From Camelus ferus (lineage: Eukaryota): DNA of 64,000 nt. The stretch spans positions 66,652,001 through 66,716,000 of the forward strand of contig NC_045697.1 in assembly GCF_009834535.1 (NCBI RefSeq). The letters are read 5' to 3'. Numbering within the stretch: the first letter of the stretch is position 1; the number at the start of each line of letters is the position of its first letter. This document shows positions 1 through 13,856 of the stretch, piece by piece. The notes beneath the pieces were generated by a model. The model worked only from the letters and a program-made list of their open reading frames with translations, searched no databases and was not told where the DNA came from. The translations under genes and the position numbers were made by a program.

Positions 1-88
1 TGGAGTGGGTAGGGGTCTCAGTTCATTATAGGCTGAAACTCACAGGTGTATTCTTTTCTTCATAGGCATTTTGGGCATAGAAAAGATC

Positions 89-245
89 CAGTGTTTTCCA
101 GATTGAATGTTATGACTCATTAATGGGGTTATGACATCAATTTAATGAATCTCAACTAACAATTAAATAGATTGAAGTAAAATAAAATAGAAAATATCAG
201 AGTGCTTCACATGTAAGGATAAGCATTGTTTTGTGAATTTTTAAA
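89..245. mobile_element. Ancient hAT-Charlie-like DNA transposon fragment
   Basis: Starts CAGTG; 'aaaatagaaaatatcagagtgc...gtaaggataagcattgttttgtgaa' resembles a recalled Charlie-type MITE consensus; subfamily uncertain. Confidence 0.45.
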
Positions 246-539
246 ATTCTGCAATGTAATGTACAAATCTAATAAACTATTCTTAGATCTCCCTCGCCAG
301 TGGGGAAGGAGTCTCATATACTACTTGACCTTTGTGTTCAGACCTTGGGAGGGGTGGAGATGCCTGTATGGGAATGTAGTATTCCTGGTTGGTAGATGGG
401 GTAGGAGCAGATGCAGCATGACCTTAAGTGATAAACTGTATTTAACACGGCTGAGATTTTTCCCTGTATTCTTGACCAGCTCTTCACTCTCCTGAAATTG
501 TGGATTTAGTCAAATAAAAAGATTGTCTATAATCTAGGA

Positions 540-1470
540 AATAAAAGCCAAAACAGCAATGAAATACTTTATACCCCTCAGATTGGAAAAAAAAAAAATC
601 CGATAGCCCTAATATTGGCCTGAATGTGGCAAGAGAGGAATTATTTTCTGTTATTTTGGAAGGCAATTTGACAGATCTTGGTGAGTTTGAAGATACGCGT
701 ATCTTCTGACCCACTGCTTCCATGGCTACAAATCTATTGTAGAGGAAGAAGCTCTCCTGCATGTGCATAGAACACTTGCACCAGGTTATTTATCCATATG
801 TATGTCTTCATATCTATATTTCTATCTAAATAGGTGTATGACTATATAGATTTAGAGATCTGATCTCTGCTATACTCGGCTTCTTTTTAAAAGTGGAATG
901 ATTAAGAAGGTAACTCAAAATCTTTGCTTTTTTTCCCCCTTATTCTCAATTCACTTTCTGCAGATTGTATGTGTGTCTGTGTGTGTGTGTAAAGGAAACA
1001 ACCTTACCATCCCTCTGCTGAGGAACAAATAACAAGCCGAGGTTATTTATGCTGTAAATACTCTATTGCAGTTGGAATGAGTAGGTTAGACTTGCCAATG
1101 GAATATATCAGAAGTAACAGGGAGGCTAGAAAAAACAAACTGCAGAGAGTTCAGATAGTTTAATGCTGTTTATGTAAAAATTTGATTCTTCAAATAATAC
1201 CTATTTTGTGTAGGGATTCATATGTATTAAAGTAAACAACCTGGATAGAAAATAATATTCTGCAATTTGGTCAACTTTATAGAGACAGTGAGAAGGGGTG
1301 GTGGTAGCACTTGGTAGTGCTTGGTGATATTTTAGCTCTTATCTGTACCATTTGATTTCTGACCAAAATAAGTTCTGAAGCAAATAAGGGCAGGATATTA
1401 ATATTTGGTAATTGTGGCTTGTAAGTACATGGGTGTAATACTGTTTCTGAACTTTTCTTTGTCCAAAATA
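540..1470 (+). mobile_element. Highly diverged L1 (L1ME-like) ORF2 end and 3' UTR
   Basis: 'aaaacagcaatgaaatactttataccctcagattgg', 'ttttggaaggcaatttgaca' and 'tctgacccactgcttcc' match old L1 3' region motifs in the expected order. Confidence 0.6.
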
Positions 1471-1721
1471 TTAAACAGCTTAAAATGTAGTCTATCCTAT
1501 CTTTGAAAAATAGAATCCTTTAGTCTTTGTGTTACAGATTAATTAAATTTGTTGGAATTTCCACAACTCTTGATGCATTCACTTGTAATATTTTGAAGAA
1601 CAGGGAAGATGTTTATATCAAGTCTCATTTGCTGATCTCTGATATATTTGGCTTCATTCCAGTGAAGGGGTGATTAAGAGAGTGTTGTGAATGCTTTGAT
1701 TCTTTGTTCTCAGTGTACGTT

Positions 1722-1857
1722 CACTAGAACAGAAGCTGCGTGAGGGCTGGAATTCTGGTCTCTTTGGCTCACAAGCATCTAGAGTAGTTAGTGCCTGGCA
1801 CTAGGACGGCTCAGTAATTTGTGCTGAATGAATGAATGAATGAATGAATGAATGAAT
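1722..1857 (+). mobile_element. L2 3' end with expanded (GAAT)n tail
   Basis: 'tagaacagaagctgcgtgagggctgg...agtgcctggcac...ctcagtaatttgtgctgaatgaatgaat' is the typical L2 terminus. Confidence 0.85.
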
Positions 1858-2474
1858 AAAAGGATAAATAATGAATCCCCAGCTATGAACGCTTTGTCAT
1901 ATCCTGTTAGTTTATGCATGTAGCATAGGCACTGCATATTACATGCCAAGAAGTGAAGTTACAGTACAGGATATTAAGAGATGCTTCTATATTAATCCAT
2001 TCCTTACTTTCCTCCAAGAAGTTAACTGTTGGGACAAAATTTTTTTTCTTTGGACAAACTTGTCATCTACCTTTCTCTAAAAGATAAGAAGCCACATACT
2101 CCCACCTTTACCTTTCTTTTTATACCTTATTTTCTGATTAATTCAGAGTTAAGCTTAGTGTTTGTTGGAGACAGTAGAATGAATTGACGCATATCTATAT
2201 CTCTGCAGTGTGTAACGGTTTCCGGTTTCTGTGTTTGCTTTTGTTTTTGTTGCTGTTCTATTTTATTAACATATTTCACATAGTCTTAATACTATAAACT
2301 CTCTCAAAAGTTTCTTGAAAAAAATTACGATGTCATATTATTTCCATAAAAATTATATTCCTTTAAAGTTGTATGTTAATTTTGGGGGGAAAATGCATCA
2401 TTTAAAATGTACCTGACTTCCAATATTTTTAACTGAATTCAGTTATGAACTTCATAAAGCAAATGCTTACTCAG

Positions 2475-2853
2475 TGTTGGAGGCTGTGTCCTCTAAAATT
2501 TGTATGTGCTAGTCCTAACTCACATACCTCAGAATGTGATTGTATTTGAACATAGGTTCTTTAAAGGGAGGGTATTAAATTAAAATGAGGTTTTAGGAGT
2601 GAGCCTTAATCCAATATGACTGATGTCCTTAGAAGTAGGAGAGATTAGGACACAAACAATACAGAAGAAAGACTGTGTGAAGATACAGAGAGAAGATGGC
2701 TACCTGGAAGCCAAGAAAAGAGGCCTTAGAAGAAACCAACTCTGTCAACGTTTTGATCTTGGACTTCTAGCCTCTAGAACTGTGAGAAAGTAACTTTCTG
2801 TTGTATAAGCCATCCAGTATGTGGTACTTTGCTATGGCAGAAAACTAACATAC
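2475..2853 (+). mobile_element. MLT1B-like MaLR solo LTR
   Basis: 'acctcagaatgtgattgtatttg', 'ttgatcttggacttctagcctctagaactgtgagaaa' and 'gtggtactttgctatggcag' follow the MLT1A/B consensus over about 380 bp. Confidence 0.88.
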
Positions 2854-5564
2854 TTGGTAAAGTTAATAAATATATACACATTTATCTTTTGTCAGCCTAA
2901 ACTTATTAGACAGTAACCTGCCATCTAGATCTTAGGAAAATATGGAATCCTTATAATAAGGAAGTTAAAAGATGTCAGAGGTATATTCTGTACAGTAATA
3001 TTTAACCTTTATATAGTTCTTTATACTTTAAATACAGTGTCATACATCATCTCATTAGATAGCAATCTGACATCAGTGACTTGATTTAAAATACATTGCA
3101 GTGCATGACAGCATTTCAGTATCTATGTGGCCGTATGACTTACAGATGTATACTTCTGTCATAATTAGTGCCTATAGTAGGGACTTTGAAATACTAGTAC
3201 TTTTCAGGCACTTTGCCACCTCAGTTATATTTAATGTTAATTTTAATGTGAAAAAGTGATAATGTGTATTAGTACAGTAGTTAATGGGGATTCAGGATAT
3301 CAAATTAGCTCAAATTGCTCATTCCTGCTTCAGTTAATTGGTAAATATTTATTGTGTTGGCTTTGTACTACCTACCTGTGCTGGTTTCAGTTTATCTCCA
3401 CGAAGTGATTTGTGACTTATTAGTAAGAGAAATCAAAGATTATAGTATTTTAATTAGTGCTGAAACATTCTTTTGCTTCTAAAATGAAAGATGTTATAAT
3501 TAGTATCTTAAAATATTTTCTCTGGTAGCAAGCATGGAGGTAAGTTCTCTGAGGTTTTAAGATAGATCATGAAACTGAAATATGAAAAAGGTTGGATTTG
3601 AACCTACTCACTTTTTAGCATTGGTTTGCTTTTATTCTACAACATGGCAAATATCAAGAAAAGCAAGCTTGGGTTATTTTGCATTCTGCTATTAGTTTTT
3701 CTTCGTCATCCCTCAAAATTCTATGTGTATACTTCAAATGCTACAAGAAAATAAAAGCAGTGTTTTATATGAAATGCCCTAACCTAAATTTTGAGTCCTC
3801 TATTTTGAGTAACTCTGAGCCTTGAAGATCTTGGAATCCTTAAATCTCTATTTTTGGCAGGCACCATGAGAATTGTTTTGTGAATTATTTAAAAATAGGT
3901 ACCTTCACTTAACTCATGAACTGTTTGTGAATTCTTTTACAAAATTGTCCAAAGATGGGGTAGTTTTTCCTTTAGTTTAAAATGGTCAAGATTGTTTGTG
4001 TTGTGAATTTCTCAACTCATCTAGTGGTGTAAGTTAATTTAAATGAATTTTTAAATTTTTATTAAGTAGGAAATTGTTTCATTTTTTATTATACTGCTTG
4101 TGGTTTCCCAATTTTAATCATAATTAAAATATGCATACTTTATTATCATTTAGTGTTGCTTCTGTAGTGAAGACAACTAATTTCTAATGTAGAACAGTTA
4201 ACAGCTTAAAACATATAGTGGTTATGATCAGTTTATAGTCTAAAAACAACTCAGTTACCGCAAATATTGTTTATTTAGATTAATCAGTGAAAATTAACTC
4301 ACCTGTATTTTCTGTCAACTTGAATTTCATACAAATCAGGCGTCTTGACTAATCAAATCGTACATTTACATAGCCTTCCTTCAATTTTCCCTCTTTAATT
4401 AACTCTGTTACATACATACCCAAAAGGTGATTGGTGTGATCATGTTGTACATTCTACATTCCTGTGTGTTCCTCGCAGCTGTGGTGCTGAGGGCTCCCTA
4501 CCCAGAATGCCAGCCTGCCTGGCTGCCCCAGCTTACCTAAAGGCCACATTTATCACAGCTAGGGATGCGGAGGGCAGGGTAGGATATCTCTCTATTTTCT
4601 TTTCTGTCTTTACGGAAAATATGGAATTTTTATGTCTACTGAGGAAACAATGATGTGTTTTACAATTTAATAAATTTTTTTAACTGTTCATTCTGTTTTT
4701 TCATTAATAGAAATTTATTTCCCTCTGGGAAAGTATTAAGCTACAAAGGAATAATGAATGGATAATAATATTAATCAAGTAATTTGGTGATTTTAAAGAA
4801 GTATTTCACAGCTAAGGTTTGTTCTTGTCAAGAAAATACTTAGTTTCTGCTCAGCCAAGATTTTTCTCTTCTGAGTAGTGTTTGGATGTAATTCATATTA
4901 TCTCCAGTGACTACTTTTTCCTGGCTATTAAATCTAACTCCTCAGATTGATATTTTCCTTCTGTAGTTGCTTTGATAAATCGATCAGTTTTGAGTCGTCT
5001 AGTTGATTTGGGAACCCAAATGGTTAAATGCTTTGAAAATGCCTCTGGAGACCAAATTAAAATCGAAACCTTTTTTTCTTTATATTTGCAATTTTTTAAT
5101 GTCAAAAATCACAGTTAAAATACCAGTGCATTTGAAACCAGACGTTCGTGTTTTATATGGGGAAAAAAATCACAAAAAATATTCATACTTGAGTGGCAAT
5201 AGCCAAAAGCAAAAATGTTTTGTGATTCACTATTAGTCCTCCCGACTGTTCATCCCAGAAAGACACATTCTTTTGTTTTATATCCCTCTGGCCTGATCTG
5301 TTATACTGAATTAAATAGTTGAAGGCAATCATATATCTTTTATTTTCAGTTTTTAGGAGATGGCACACATTTTGTCTCTGAAAAAGCAAGATCTTTTGTA
5401 TTGTAATTTGGTCAGTTTCTGAGTTTTGTAGAGCAACTTTTGGATTATAATCTCTGCCAGGATCTTTCCACCCATATCCAAGTAGATACCTCAGAGCATT
5501 TCATCTGCTGTCATCTTTGAGGACCAACTAGCATATTGTTGATGCCACAGCCTCAGCTCCAAAT

Positions 5565-5737
5565 CAGAGACTCTCAGAAGTGTAATAGAGTGGTCACGCA
5601 GGGAGGTTTTTTTTTTTTTACAAAGCACATGCCTGTGCCCTGTTCCGGACGTATTGCTTTAGAATTGTGGCGGCGGCAGAAACATTTTGGAAAAATCTCT
5701 CAGTGTGACACACTCTCATGGTGAAGAGACACTGACT
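5565..5737. mobile_element. MER5-like hAT MITE, degraded
   Basis: Internal T/A run, 'cacatgcctgtgccc' and terminal 'gagacactg' resemble MER5. Confidence 0.45.
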
Positions 5738-5934
5738 ATACCATAAACCCGGAAAATCTATCATTGGTAATACTTACCTTTTAAATGAGAGAAAGGCAGT
5801 TTTTGTGGTGTCTGACCCAGAATGGCATTGCCTATGACAAGTAAAAGAAAATCATGCTATATTAATATTAAGTCACCCACACAGGAAATATTTGAGTCCT
5901 ATGGTGTGGTAGGAGCATTCAGGATTCACTTCTC

Positions 5935-6305
5935 CGGCCACAAACAAGGTAATTGCCTGTCCAAATGCTCAGTCCTCTTTCTCCTGAACTCCTCTCTTCT
6001 CCATTCTCTCTTTACCTACCTGTCTATTAAGATGTAATTCAGACAGTGCCATCTTATTTTATCGACTCCCTTACCAGAACCTCTGGGTAGAAAAAGAGGC
6101 CAACTCCACAGCTCTCTAGAATCCTTATCACCGTCGTCTGCGTATCACACTGTACAAAAATGTGCTCACTTTTCGTTTGGACTTACTTGTATGTGTCCCC
6201 ACTTTAGCCTGTGAATTCATTCAGGGAAGGGATAGTGACTTATATACTAGCCTGGGAAATCTTTGCTTCTCCAATGCCAGGGTGTCTTCAGGGTTAGCTG
6301 AATGA
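5935..6305 (+). mobile_element. L2 fragment
   Basis: Pyrimidine-rich L2 body, 'ccccactttagcctgtgaattcattcagggaaggga' near the 3' end. Confidence 0.6.
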
Positions 6306-6614
6306 CGTTACTTTTTCTGTCTAGTAGTAGAATTCATGGGAATGTACATGCCTGAGGTCTTCACAAGTTAAATGTTCTTCAGGGAGTGTCCATTCTAAAT
6401 AAATACGGGAAATTTCATCTGTTAACCTTGAATAGGAAATGAGAAGATATTTTTCTTAAGAATTGTACCTTCTAGACTGACACAGAAGTTTTGATACTAT
6501 ATTGCAATTTCAGAATTTTGTAAGGGTATATTTAACATATTAGTGTATATGTCTGATGTTTTATATACTGCATTTGATTTTGGCATTTTGGCCACTTGTT
6601 AATTTATTCAACAG

Positions 6615-6900
6615 GCATTATTTCCGTCTCCTTCTTGAAACATTATTGTCTCATGCCCTCTGTGATGCTCTTCTCTCCTAGTTATCTTACTACTCTCAAC
6701 TCCGTGGTCTTGCTTGCTTCTCATCCCAAACCTCTAAATGGCAGAGCTCTTCAAGGTCTTGTTCACATCAGCTTCTCCTTTTTTTCTATCATTATGTGTA
6801 ATGATATCACTCCTTCTCAAGGCTCTCAATGCCATCTGTGTGTCAGTGATCCCCAGATTTTATCTTTAGCTTCAGCCCTCTTACTAGAGGTAGTAATTCA
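6615..6900 (+). mobile_element. L2 internal fragment
   Basis: 'ctccttcttgaaaca', 'tcaatgccatctgtgtgtcagtgatccccagattttatctttagc' are L2 ORF2 motifs. Confidence 0.65.
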
Positions 6901-7126
6901 TTTCAAAAGCTTAGTCATGAGTAAACTGATGGATATCTGCGGATGAAGACAGGACTTTTCGTCAAATGCAGTGGTACCTTGTTAATGCATCTATGTCACA
7001 TATCTTCTCTTCATTTAGAATTCGTTTTTCATAATTCTGAGTGAATTATTTTCATAATTATGAAAAACCCATATTCTTTGCTTGATTAATTCCCCTTATA
7101 TGGTTCTTATGTGCTCTTCATGAACT

Positions 7127-9940
7127 TATTCTTTTTTTATTGGGTAACATTGGTTTATAATATTATACAAGTTTTATGTGTACAATACTGTAATTGGCAT
7201 CTGTATATACTACAGTGTACTCACCACCAGAAGTTTAGTTTCTATCTGTCCCATACAATTGACCCCTTTTATCCATTTCACCCTGCCCTGCCCCCTTGCC
7301 CTCTCTCTTTACCCTCCCTACTTCCTCTCTGGTAAATGCTGATCTGTTATTTATATCTATGCATTTATTTTTGTTTTTTGGTGTTTTTTTAATTCCACAC
7401 ATGAGTGAATTTGTATGGTATTTGTCTTTCTCCATCTTATTTCACTTAGCGTAACACCTTCAAGGCTTATCCATGTTATCACAAATGGCAAGATTGCATC
7501 TCTTTATGGCTGAGTAGTATTCAATTATATACATTCATACACACACACGCGCGTGCACACACACACACACTCTACATCATCTTTATCCATTTATCTGCTC
7601 ATGGGCACTTAAGCTATTTCCATATTTTGGCTATTGTGAAGAATGCTGCAGTGAACATAGCGGTACATATTTCTTTTAGAATTAGTGTTTTTATTCTTCA
7701 GATAAATACCCAGAAGTGGAATAACTGGATGATATTGTAGTTTTGTTCTTAATATTTTGAGGACTTTCTATATTGTTTTCTATAATGGCTGCACCAATTT
7801 ACATTTCTATCAAGGATGTGTAAGGGTTCACTTTTGTCTGCATCCTCTCCACCTCTTGTAATTTCTTGTCTTTTTGATAATAACCATTCTAGCAGACATG
7901 AGGTGATATCTCATTGTGGGTTCTGATTTGCATTTCCATAATAATTAATAAGATTGAACATCTTTTCGTATACCCATTGGCCATCTGTATGTCTTTGGAA
8001 AAACATCTATTCATATCCTCTTCCCATTTTTTGATCAGATTGGAGTTTTTTGTTACTATTGAATGGTATGAGGTTTTTAAATATAGTTTGAATATCAACC
8101 CCTTATCAGATATATGATTTGCAAATATATTCTCCAATTTGGTAGGCTGTCTTTTTGTTTTATTAATGGTTTCCTTTGTGCATGAACTTTTTAGTTTGAT
8201 ACTGTCCCACTTGTTTGCTTTTGTTTCCCTTCTTTGAGGAGACGTATTTAAAAAGATGTTGCTAAGACTGATGTGATGTCAAAGAACGTGCTGCTTAGGT
8301 TTTCTTCTGGGAGTTTTTTCGTTCAGCTCTTACAGTCAAGTCCTTAGTCCATTTTGTGTTAAATTTTGTGTATGATAGTGGTCTAGTTAAATTCTTTTGC
8401 ATGTGGCTGTCCAGTTTTCACAATACCATACTGAAGAGAATTTCCTTTCTGCATTGTATGTTTGTGTCTCCTTTGTCGTAAGTTAGTTGTTCATGAATGT
8501 ATGAGTTTATTTCTGGGCTCTCAATTTAGTTTCATCGATCTATGTGTCTGTTTTTCTGGATACTATGCTGTCTTTATTATTACAGCTTTGTGATATAATT
8601 TGAAATATAATGTGGTAACTCCAGTTTTGTTCTCTTTTCTCAGAATTCTTTGGCTATTTGGAATCTTTTGTGTTTTCATGCATTTTAGGATTTTTTTTTT
8701 CTATTTCTGTGAAAGCAAAAAAAAATGTCCTTGGGATTTTAATAGGGATTGCATTGAATCTGGATTGCTTTAGGTAATGTGGACATTTTAACAATGTTGA
8801 TTCTTTCCATTCATGAGCATGGAATAGCTTTCCATTTATTTGTGTCTCTTTCAATTTCTTTCAACAGTGTCTTATAGTTTCCAGCGTACAGGTCTTTCAT
8901 CTCCTTGGTTAAATTTATTTCCAGGTATTGTTGCAATTGTAAATGGGATTGTTTTCTTAATTGTTCTTCCTGCAGGTTTGTTGTTAGTGCATGGGAATAC
9001 AACAGATTGTTGTATATTAACTTTGTACCCTGCAACTTAATGGTATTCGTTTATTGTTTCTAATATTTTTTGGTGGTGTCTTTAGCATTTTCTGTATATA
9101 AAATGTCAACAGAAAACAGTGACAGTTTTCTTTCCTTTCCAATTTGGATGCCTTTTATTTTTCTTGCCTAATTGCTCTAGGACTTCCAGTGTTAACATTG
9201 AATAAGACTGGGGATAGTGGGCATTCTTGTCTTATTCCTGAACTTAGAAAGATAGCTTTCAGTTTTTCACCATTGAGTATGATGTTAGCTGTGGGTTTGT
9301 CATATATGGCCTTTATTATGTTGAGGTACATTTCTTCTATACCCATTTTATTGGAAGTTGAATCTTATAGGATGCTTTTTCTGTGTCTATTGAGATGGTC
9401 ATATGATTTTTATCCATAATTTTGTTAATGTGATATATCATGTTGAATGATTTGTAGATATTGAACCATCCTTGCATCCTTGGAATAAATCCCACTTGAT
9501 CATGGTGTACTATTCTCTAAAGTATTGTTGAATTCGGTTCATTAATACATTGTTGAGGATTTTTACATTGAGGGTTATCAGTGGTAGTGGACTGTACTTT
9601 TCTCTTTTTTGTGTTATTGTTGTCTGGTTTTGGTATCAAGGTAATGTTGGCCTTTCAAAATGAATTAGGAATTTCAGTTTTTTGGAAGAGTTTGAGAAGG
9701 ATCAGAATTAAATCTTTAAATTTTTGGTAGAATTATTCACCAATGAAGCCATCTGGTCCTGGACTTCTCATTTTTAGGGGAGGTTTTGATTACTGTTTCA
9801 GCCTCCTAACTAGTCATTGGTCTTTTCATATTTTCTATTTCTTCCTCATTCAGTCTTGGAAGGATGTATGATTCTAAGAATTTATCCATCTCTTTTAGAT
9901 TGTCCAATTTGTTGGCATATAGCAGTTCATAGTAGTCTCT
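7127..9940 (-). mobile_element. 5'-truncated L1 (L1MA-like), about 2.8 kb, with decayed ORF2 RT and C-terminal region
   Basis: T-rich tail at the left; minus-strand ORFs translate to L1 ORF2 (9155-9346 [35 protein letters not shown]; 8811-9035 [23 protein letters not shown]; 7889-8137 ENIFANHISDKGLI); many frameshifts. Confidence 0.97.
7538..7570. repeat. (CA)n microsatellite with CG core, inside L1
   Basis: acacacacacgcgcgtgcacacacacacacac. Confidence 0.85.
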
Positions 9941-9964
9941 TAGACTTAGAGATGTGTGTTACTT

Positions 9965-10140
9965 AGAGGTATGTGGCCTTGGGCAAGTTACTTAATTGCT
10001 CTGTGCTTTAGCTTTCTCACATATAAAAAGGAGATAGTAGTGCCCACCTCAAGAAACTGTTGTAAAGATTAAAATATTTAATATATGTAAGGTATGTAGA
10101 ATACCTAGCACAGAGTAAGCAAATTTTAGTGATAAATGCT
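9965..10140 (+). mobile_element. MIR SINE
   Basis: MIR core 'tgtggccttgggcaagttacttaattgctctgtgctttagctttctcac' and 3' 'agaatacctagcacagagtaagc'. Confidence 0.88.
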
Positions 10141-11324
10141 ATCCCAGTCTTCTTACTTAATAGGCCTATGAAGATGCTTTCCTGAAACCTCCTAATTTCA
10201 TTTCTTGTTCTTCCTCTTTCTGATCTTAAATACTATTCATTTGTTTCTCCTTCTTCCTGTAATCATTTGTGAGGTGTTGCAAGAGGTATACTGTGGTAGT
10301 GCAGATGGTCTTTGCACATTTTCAAGGTCACTTCTGGACCACACCCACTTAGAAGCCTCTACACGGCTGAAAGGCTGGAAAATGTGGGGCCTATTGTGCT
10401 TCCAAATGCCTGTGGTTGCATGGGATCCTTGGAATGTTAATTAATTTTCATATTTCCCTGTAAGTTACTTTTTGTTCTAGCTACAGAAGTATCTGAGTTG
10501 GGTCCCATAGTGGCATTGTCATTCACTAACACCCTCATAGGAGACTGTTCTTGAAACTTTGTCATTTTTAAAAGTCTGTAAAAGGCATTCTAGGTTTGCA
10601 AAGCTAGTTTAAGATATGCTCCAAGGTCTAGCAGTGAAGCTTTTGGTCACATATTCACACAGAAGATTCTGGTATTACTTTGGACAGTGTGCTTTGCAAG
10701 GCTGAGGTACGTTTATGGCAACTCAGGGACTTTGAGATAAGGAAAGCTACTCTCATATTTCCTCTGAGAACCTTCTGGCCTCATTAGAAGAGATTTTACT
10801 TCAAAGCATGCCTATTTTATGTCTTCTGCAGTTTTTTTTTTCCTCTTTCAAAATTAAAAAAAAAAAATCATACCAAGTATCTGGTGATAGAAATGCTGTG
10901 AGCTTACTTTGGGACTCCTGATGAATTCATTGAAGTAAATTCAAGTCTCTTGAATTCTTTCCTGCCATTTGAGACCAGTGGCAAAAAATGAGACTCAATC
11001 AAGCCAAGTAAACTATACATGTAAGTTGCATTCTTTGATGTAATTTATAAATGTGTATTTTTAGGTATAACTGCTTATTTCTATTATGTTTTGAAGTTAA
11101 ACTACAGTATTAAAAATTTCAGATAATTCAGTGCAAAAACTCTTGTCGATAAAAGAGAGAATTTATTAGAGTACACTGACTCATCCAGTACTTACATCAA
11201 CCATGCATACTGTATCCTGCTTTCCACCTTGTTGACTTATTTTTTGGATATTTGATACACACCAGTGTATTCAGAACAGACCAGTCTAGCTTCTTGTCTT
11301 TGTACAGTGAGATGAGCTGAGAAA

Positions 11325-11670
11325 ATATTCACTTGTTCATTTATCAATGTTTATTTAGAGTCCACATTTTACTGACTTGGTGCCAGCCTCTGAGATCAAC
11401 GAGACTCAAACTTTCACTTAGTATATCTAGAAGAGAGAACTGATGTGTAAACCATTCAATTACAATGTGCTGTGAAAAAGGTAGGAGGTGGCAATGGTTA
11501 ACTGTCTAGGATTGAGGGTAGGAAGAAGTTTGCTAAGTGAAGGTGACATGTGAGCTGTGTTTTGAAACATAAAGGGAGCTTGTTGGCTGATATGAACAAA
11601 GAAGAAAGTACGTGTCATGTGTTTAAGAACTACAGGCAACTTGGTTTTGCTGGAGTTTATAGTGCATGTT
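11325..11670 (-). mobile_element. L2 fragment
   Basis: 'ttcatttatcaatgtttatttag...gtgccagcctctg' then 'gaaggtgacatgtgagctgtgttttgaa'. Confidence 0.65.
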
Positions 11671-12002
11671 TTCTTGTTCTGATTCTAGGACTCCTGGTAG
11701 CTGTGGTTTTTGGTGTACTCTGTGGAAATTGAGGAATTTTTATTCACCTCATGATACTTGCCAAATCATTTGTAGAGACAATATAATATCAAATTATATA
11801 AGTGAATTTTTAAGCCCTGATAACTGATACCACAATATCAGAGGTTTGAAAAGTATTGCATAATACTGCAATCATAGCATTTTCAATCTCTGTTCTGCTC
11901 CAGTGCATCTATGTAATGCACTCCCATTAGTAATGGTGACTCACCAAGGTGATAACTTTCAATCTTAGGCAGTGGTTTGGGGTATCACCACTTAGAGGCG
12001 TG

Positions 12003-12355
12003 TACTTGCTAAGGTTAATATAGTCCTTGTAACAGATAAATCTCCAAATACAAATGGATTAACACACTAGGGGTTTATTTCCCTCCTAAGTACAGAGTAA
12101 GAGTTGTGACTGCTAACTAGGTGTGTGGTGGCTGGAAATTAGGTGGAAGGCAAGTGGGCTTGGCTCCATATCGTTGTTCAGGGATCTGGCTAGTAGGTGT
12201 GTCACTGTCTTTAGCAATTTCCAAAAGTTCCCATCCAAGTGCCATAGGGCAGAAGAGAGAATGTGGAGAAGGCCCATCAGCTTTCTTTCTGCCTGAGCCC
12301 TGAAGTGGCATATATAACCTGCCACTGGGAGCCTGGTTTGATGTGAGTCTAGACA
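12003..12355 (-). mobile_element. Old MLT1-type LTR fragment
   Basis: 'tgtaacagataaatctccaaatacaaatggattaaacacactaggggtttatttc' resembles the antisense 3' end of old MLT1 (J/K/L). Confidence 0.6.
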
Positions 12356-13461
12356 TGTGTTAGTTGAGGGGTGACTGGTTTACTCTGCCTTTTTGATTAA
12401 CATATAGGTATTTACCACTGAAGCCCACGATCCCAGTTATTTATTTTTAGTTTTGGAGACCTCAAATAATGCAACCCTTTATTGTGATCCTAGGCCTCTG
12501 CCAGCCCACCAGCCCTCTCAGTGAGCTTTATCTCTCAGTGGGACTTGTAGGATGTTCTGAATCCTTTGCAAGCCATGCCCAAACCATGAATACCCAGAGC
12601 ATGCTTTCAGTATACCGGTCACCACCTTCTTCCAAGCTGTATTAATACTCCTGTGTCATGTAATATACAGAGTTGAACTGATGGTTGGTCTTCCCTTAGG
12701 GCAATTGCTTTCACAGTGTTTTGCTATGAACTATAGTAAACACATTTAAAACTATAGTCTAGCAGGGAAACAAAAGGTTCACAAACCAATATTTATCGTT
12801 GCTACTTGAGATACATCTTAACATTTATGTTATTCTAAAACATTTGGAAAATGCTATTCATGATCTGGTAAGTTGATTTGTGACCTAGTATGAAGTCTTC
12901 ACTCGAAGTTGAATCAACGTTGTTTTAGAGGCCTGCAGCCTTCCCGTGGTGATGTCTGGGATGTGGGCCTCCAGGTGAGATGTTCTTTGGGTGCCTTGTA
13001 TCTAATTGGATGTTTACAAGAGACACTTCTTTCCCACTGTGCCCTCTCCCTTCCCCACCCACCATTCTTCCCCAGTCAGAGGTTCAGGCCAGACAGTCTG
13101 GTTTTGTGATGTCACTTAAATTTGATCTCCTTATTCTCCATCTGGCCTTCCTTCCCAGTACATGATTAGGATCGTGCTATTATATGAGGATATACTTTGA
13201 GTCATGTTTCCCTATTTGAAAAAACTGGTGAATAAAAGTGGGGACAATGCTGTTATTTTGCTATCATATTCTTTATTCTGTTCTTCAAAAGAAATTGTCT
13301 TTCAGTCATATGTGACTGTTAATAATCTTTCAACTCTATATTGGATTGCTGTGCCACTAGTAGAAAAAGTGTATCCTTGTAAGTTTTCACTGTTTTGGGG
13401 TTTAGAATTTCCAGGAGATTCTTCAAACTCAATTTTATATGAGGTTTAAAAACAGATGTGG

Positions 13462-13856
13462 CAGACTTATTTATCTTAAAACTGGAAGTCTGTACCTTTG
13501 ACCACCATCATGCATTTCCTCCACCCTCTTTTGTGACGACCACCAGTCTATTCTCTGTATGTCAGTAAGAGTTTGGTTTTTAAGTCCTGGGAATGTAATG
13601 AGCAGTAGGGTGACTAGGATTAACAATATGGTATCGTATATTTGATAGTTAATAATGGAGTAGATCTTAAAAGTTCTCATGACAAGAAAAAGAAAGCTTG
13701 TAACTATATGTGGCATTGGATGTTAACTAAACTTAATTGTGGTAGTCATTTTACAATATATACATCTATCAAATCATTATGCTGTACATCTAAAGCTAAT
13801 ACAGTGTTATATGTCTTAATTATACTTCAGTAAGAAAAAGAATTACAAAGCAAAAC
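13462..13856 (+). mobile_element. L1MA9-like 3' end with 5' inversion (13462-13580 antisense, 13581-13856 sense)
   Basis: Sense part 'gagtagatcttaaaagttctcatgacaagaaaaa...atcattatgctgtacatctaaagctaata'; antisense part 'ttatttatcttaaaactggaagtctgtacctttgacc'; flanked by aaaaacagatgtgg / aaaatcaggtgtgg. Confidence 0.9.

Noticed and set aside
7889..9346. Minus-strand ORFs with reverse-transcriptase-like peptides
   Set aside because: Frameshifted remnants of L1 ORF2, not a functional gene or a retron-like system
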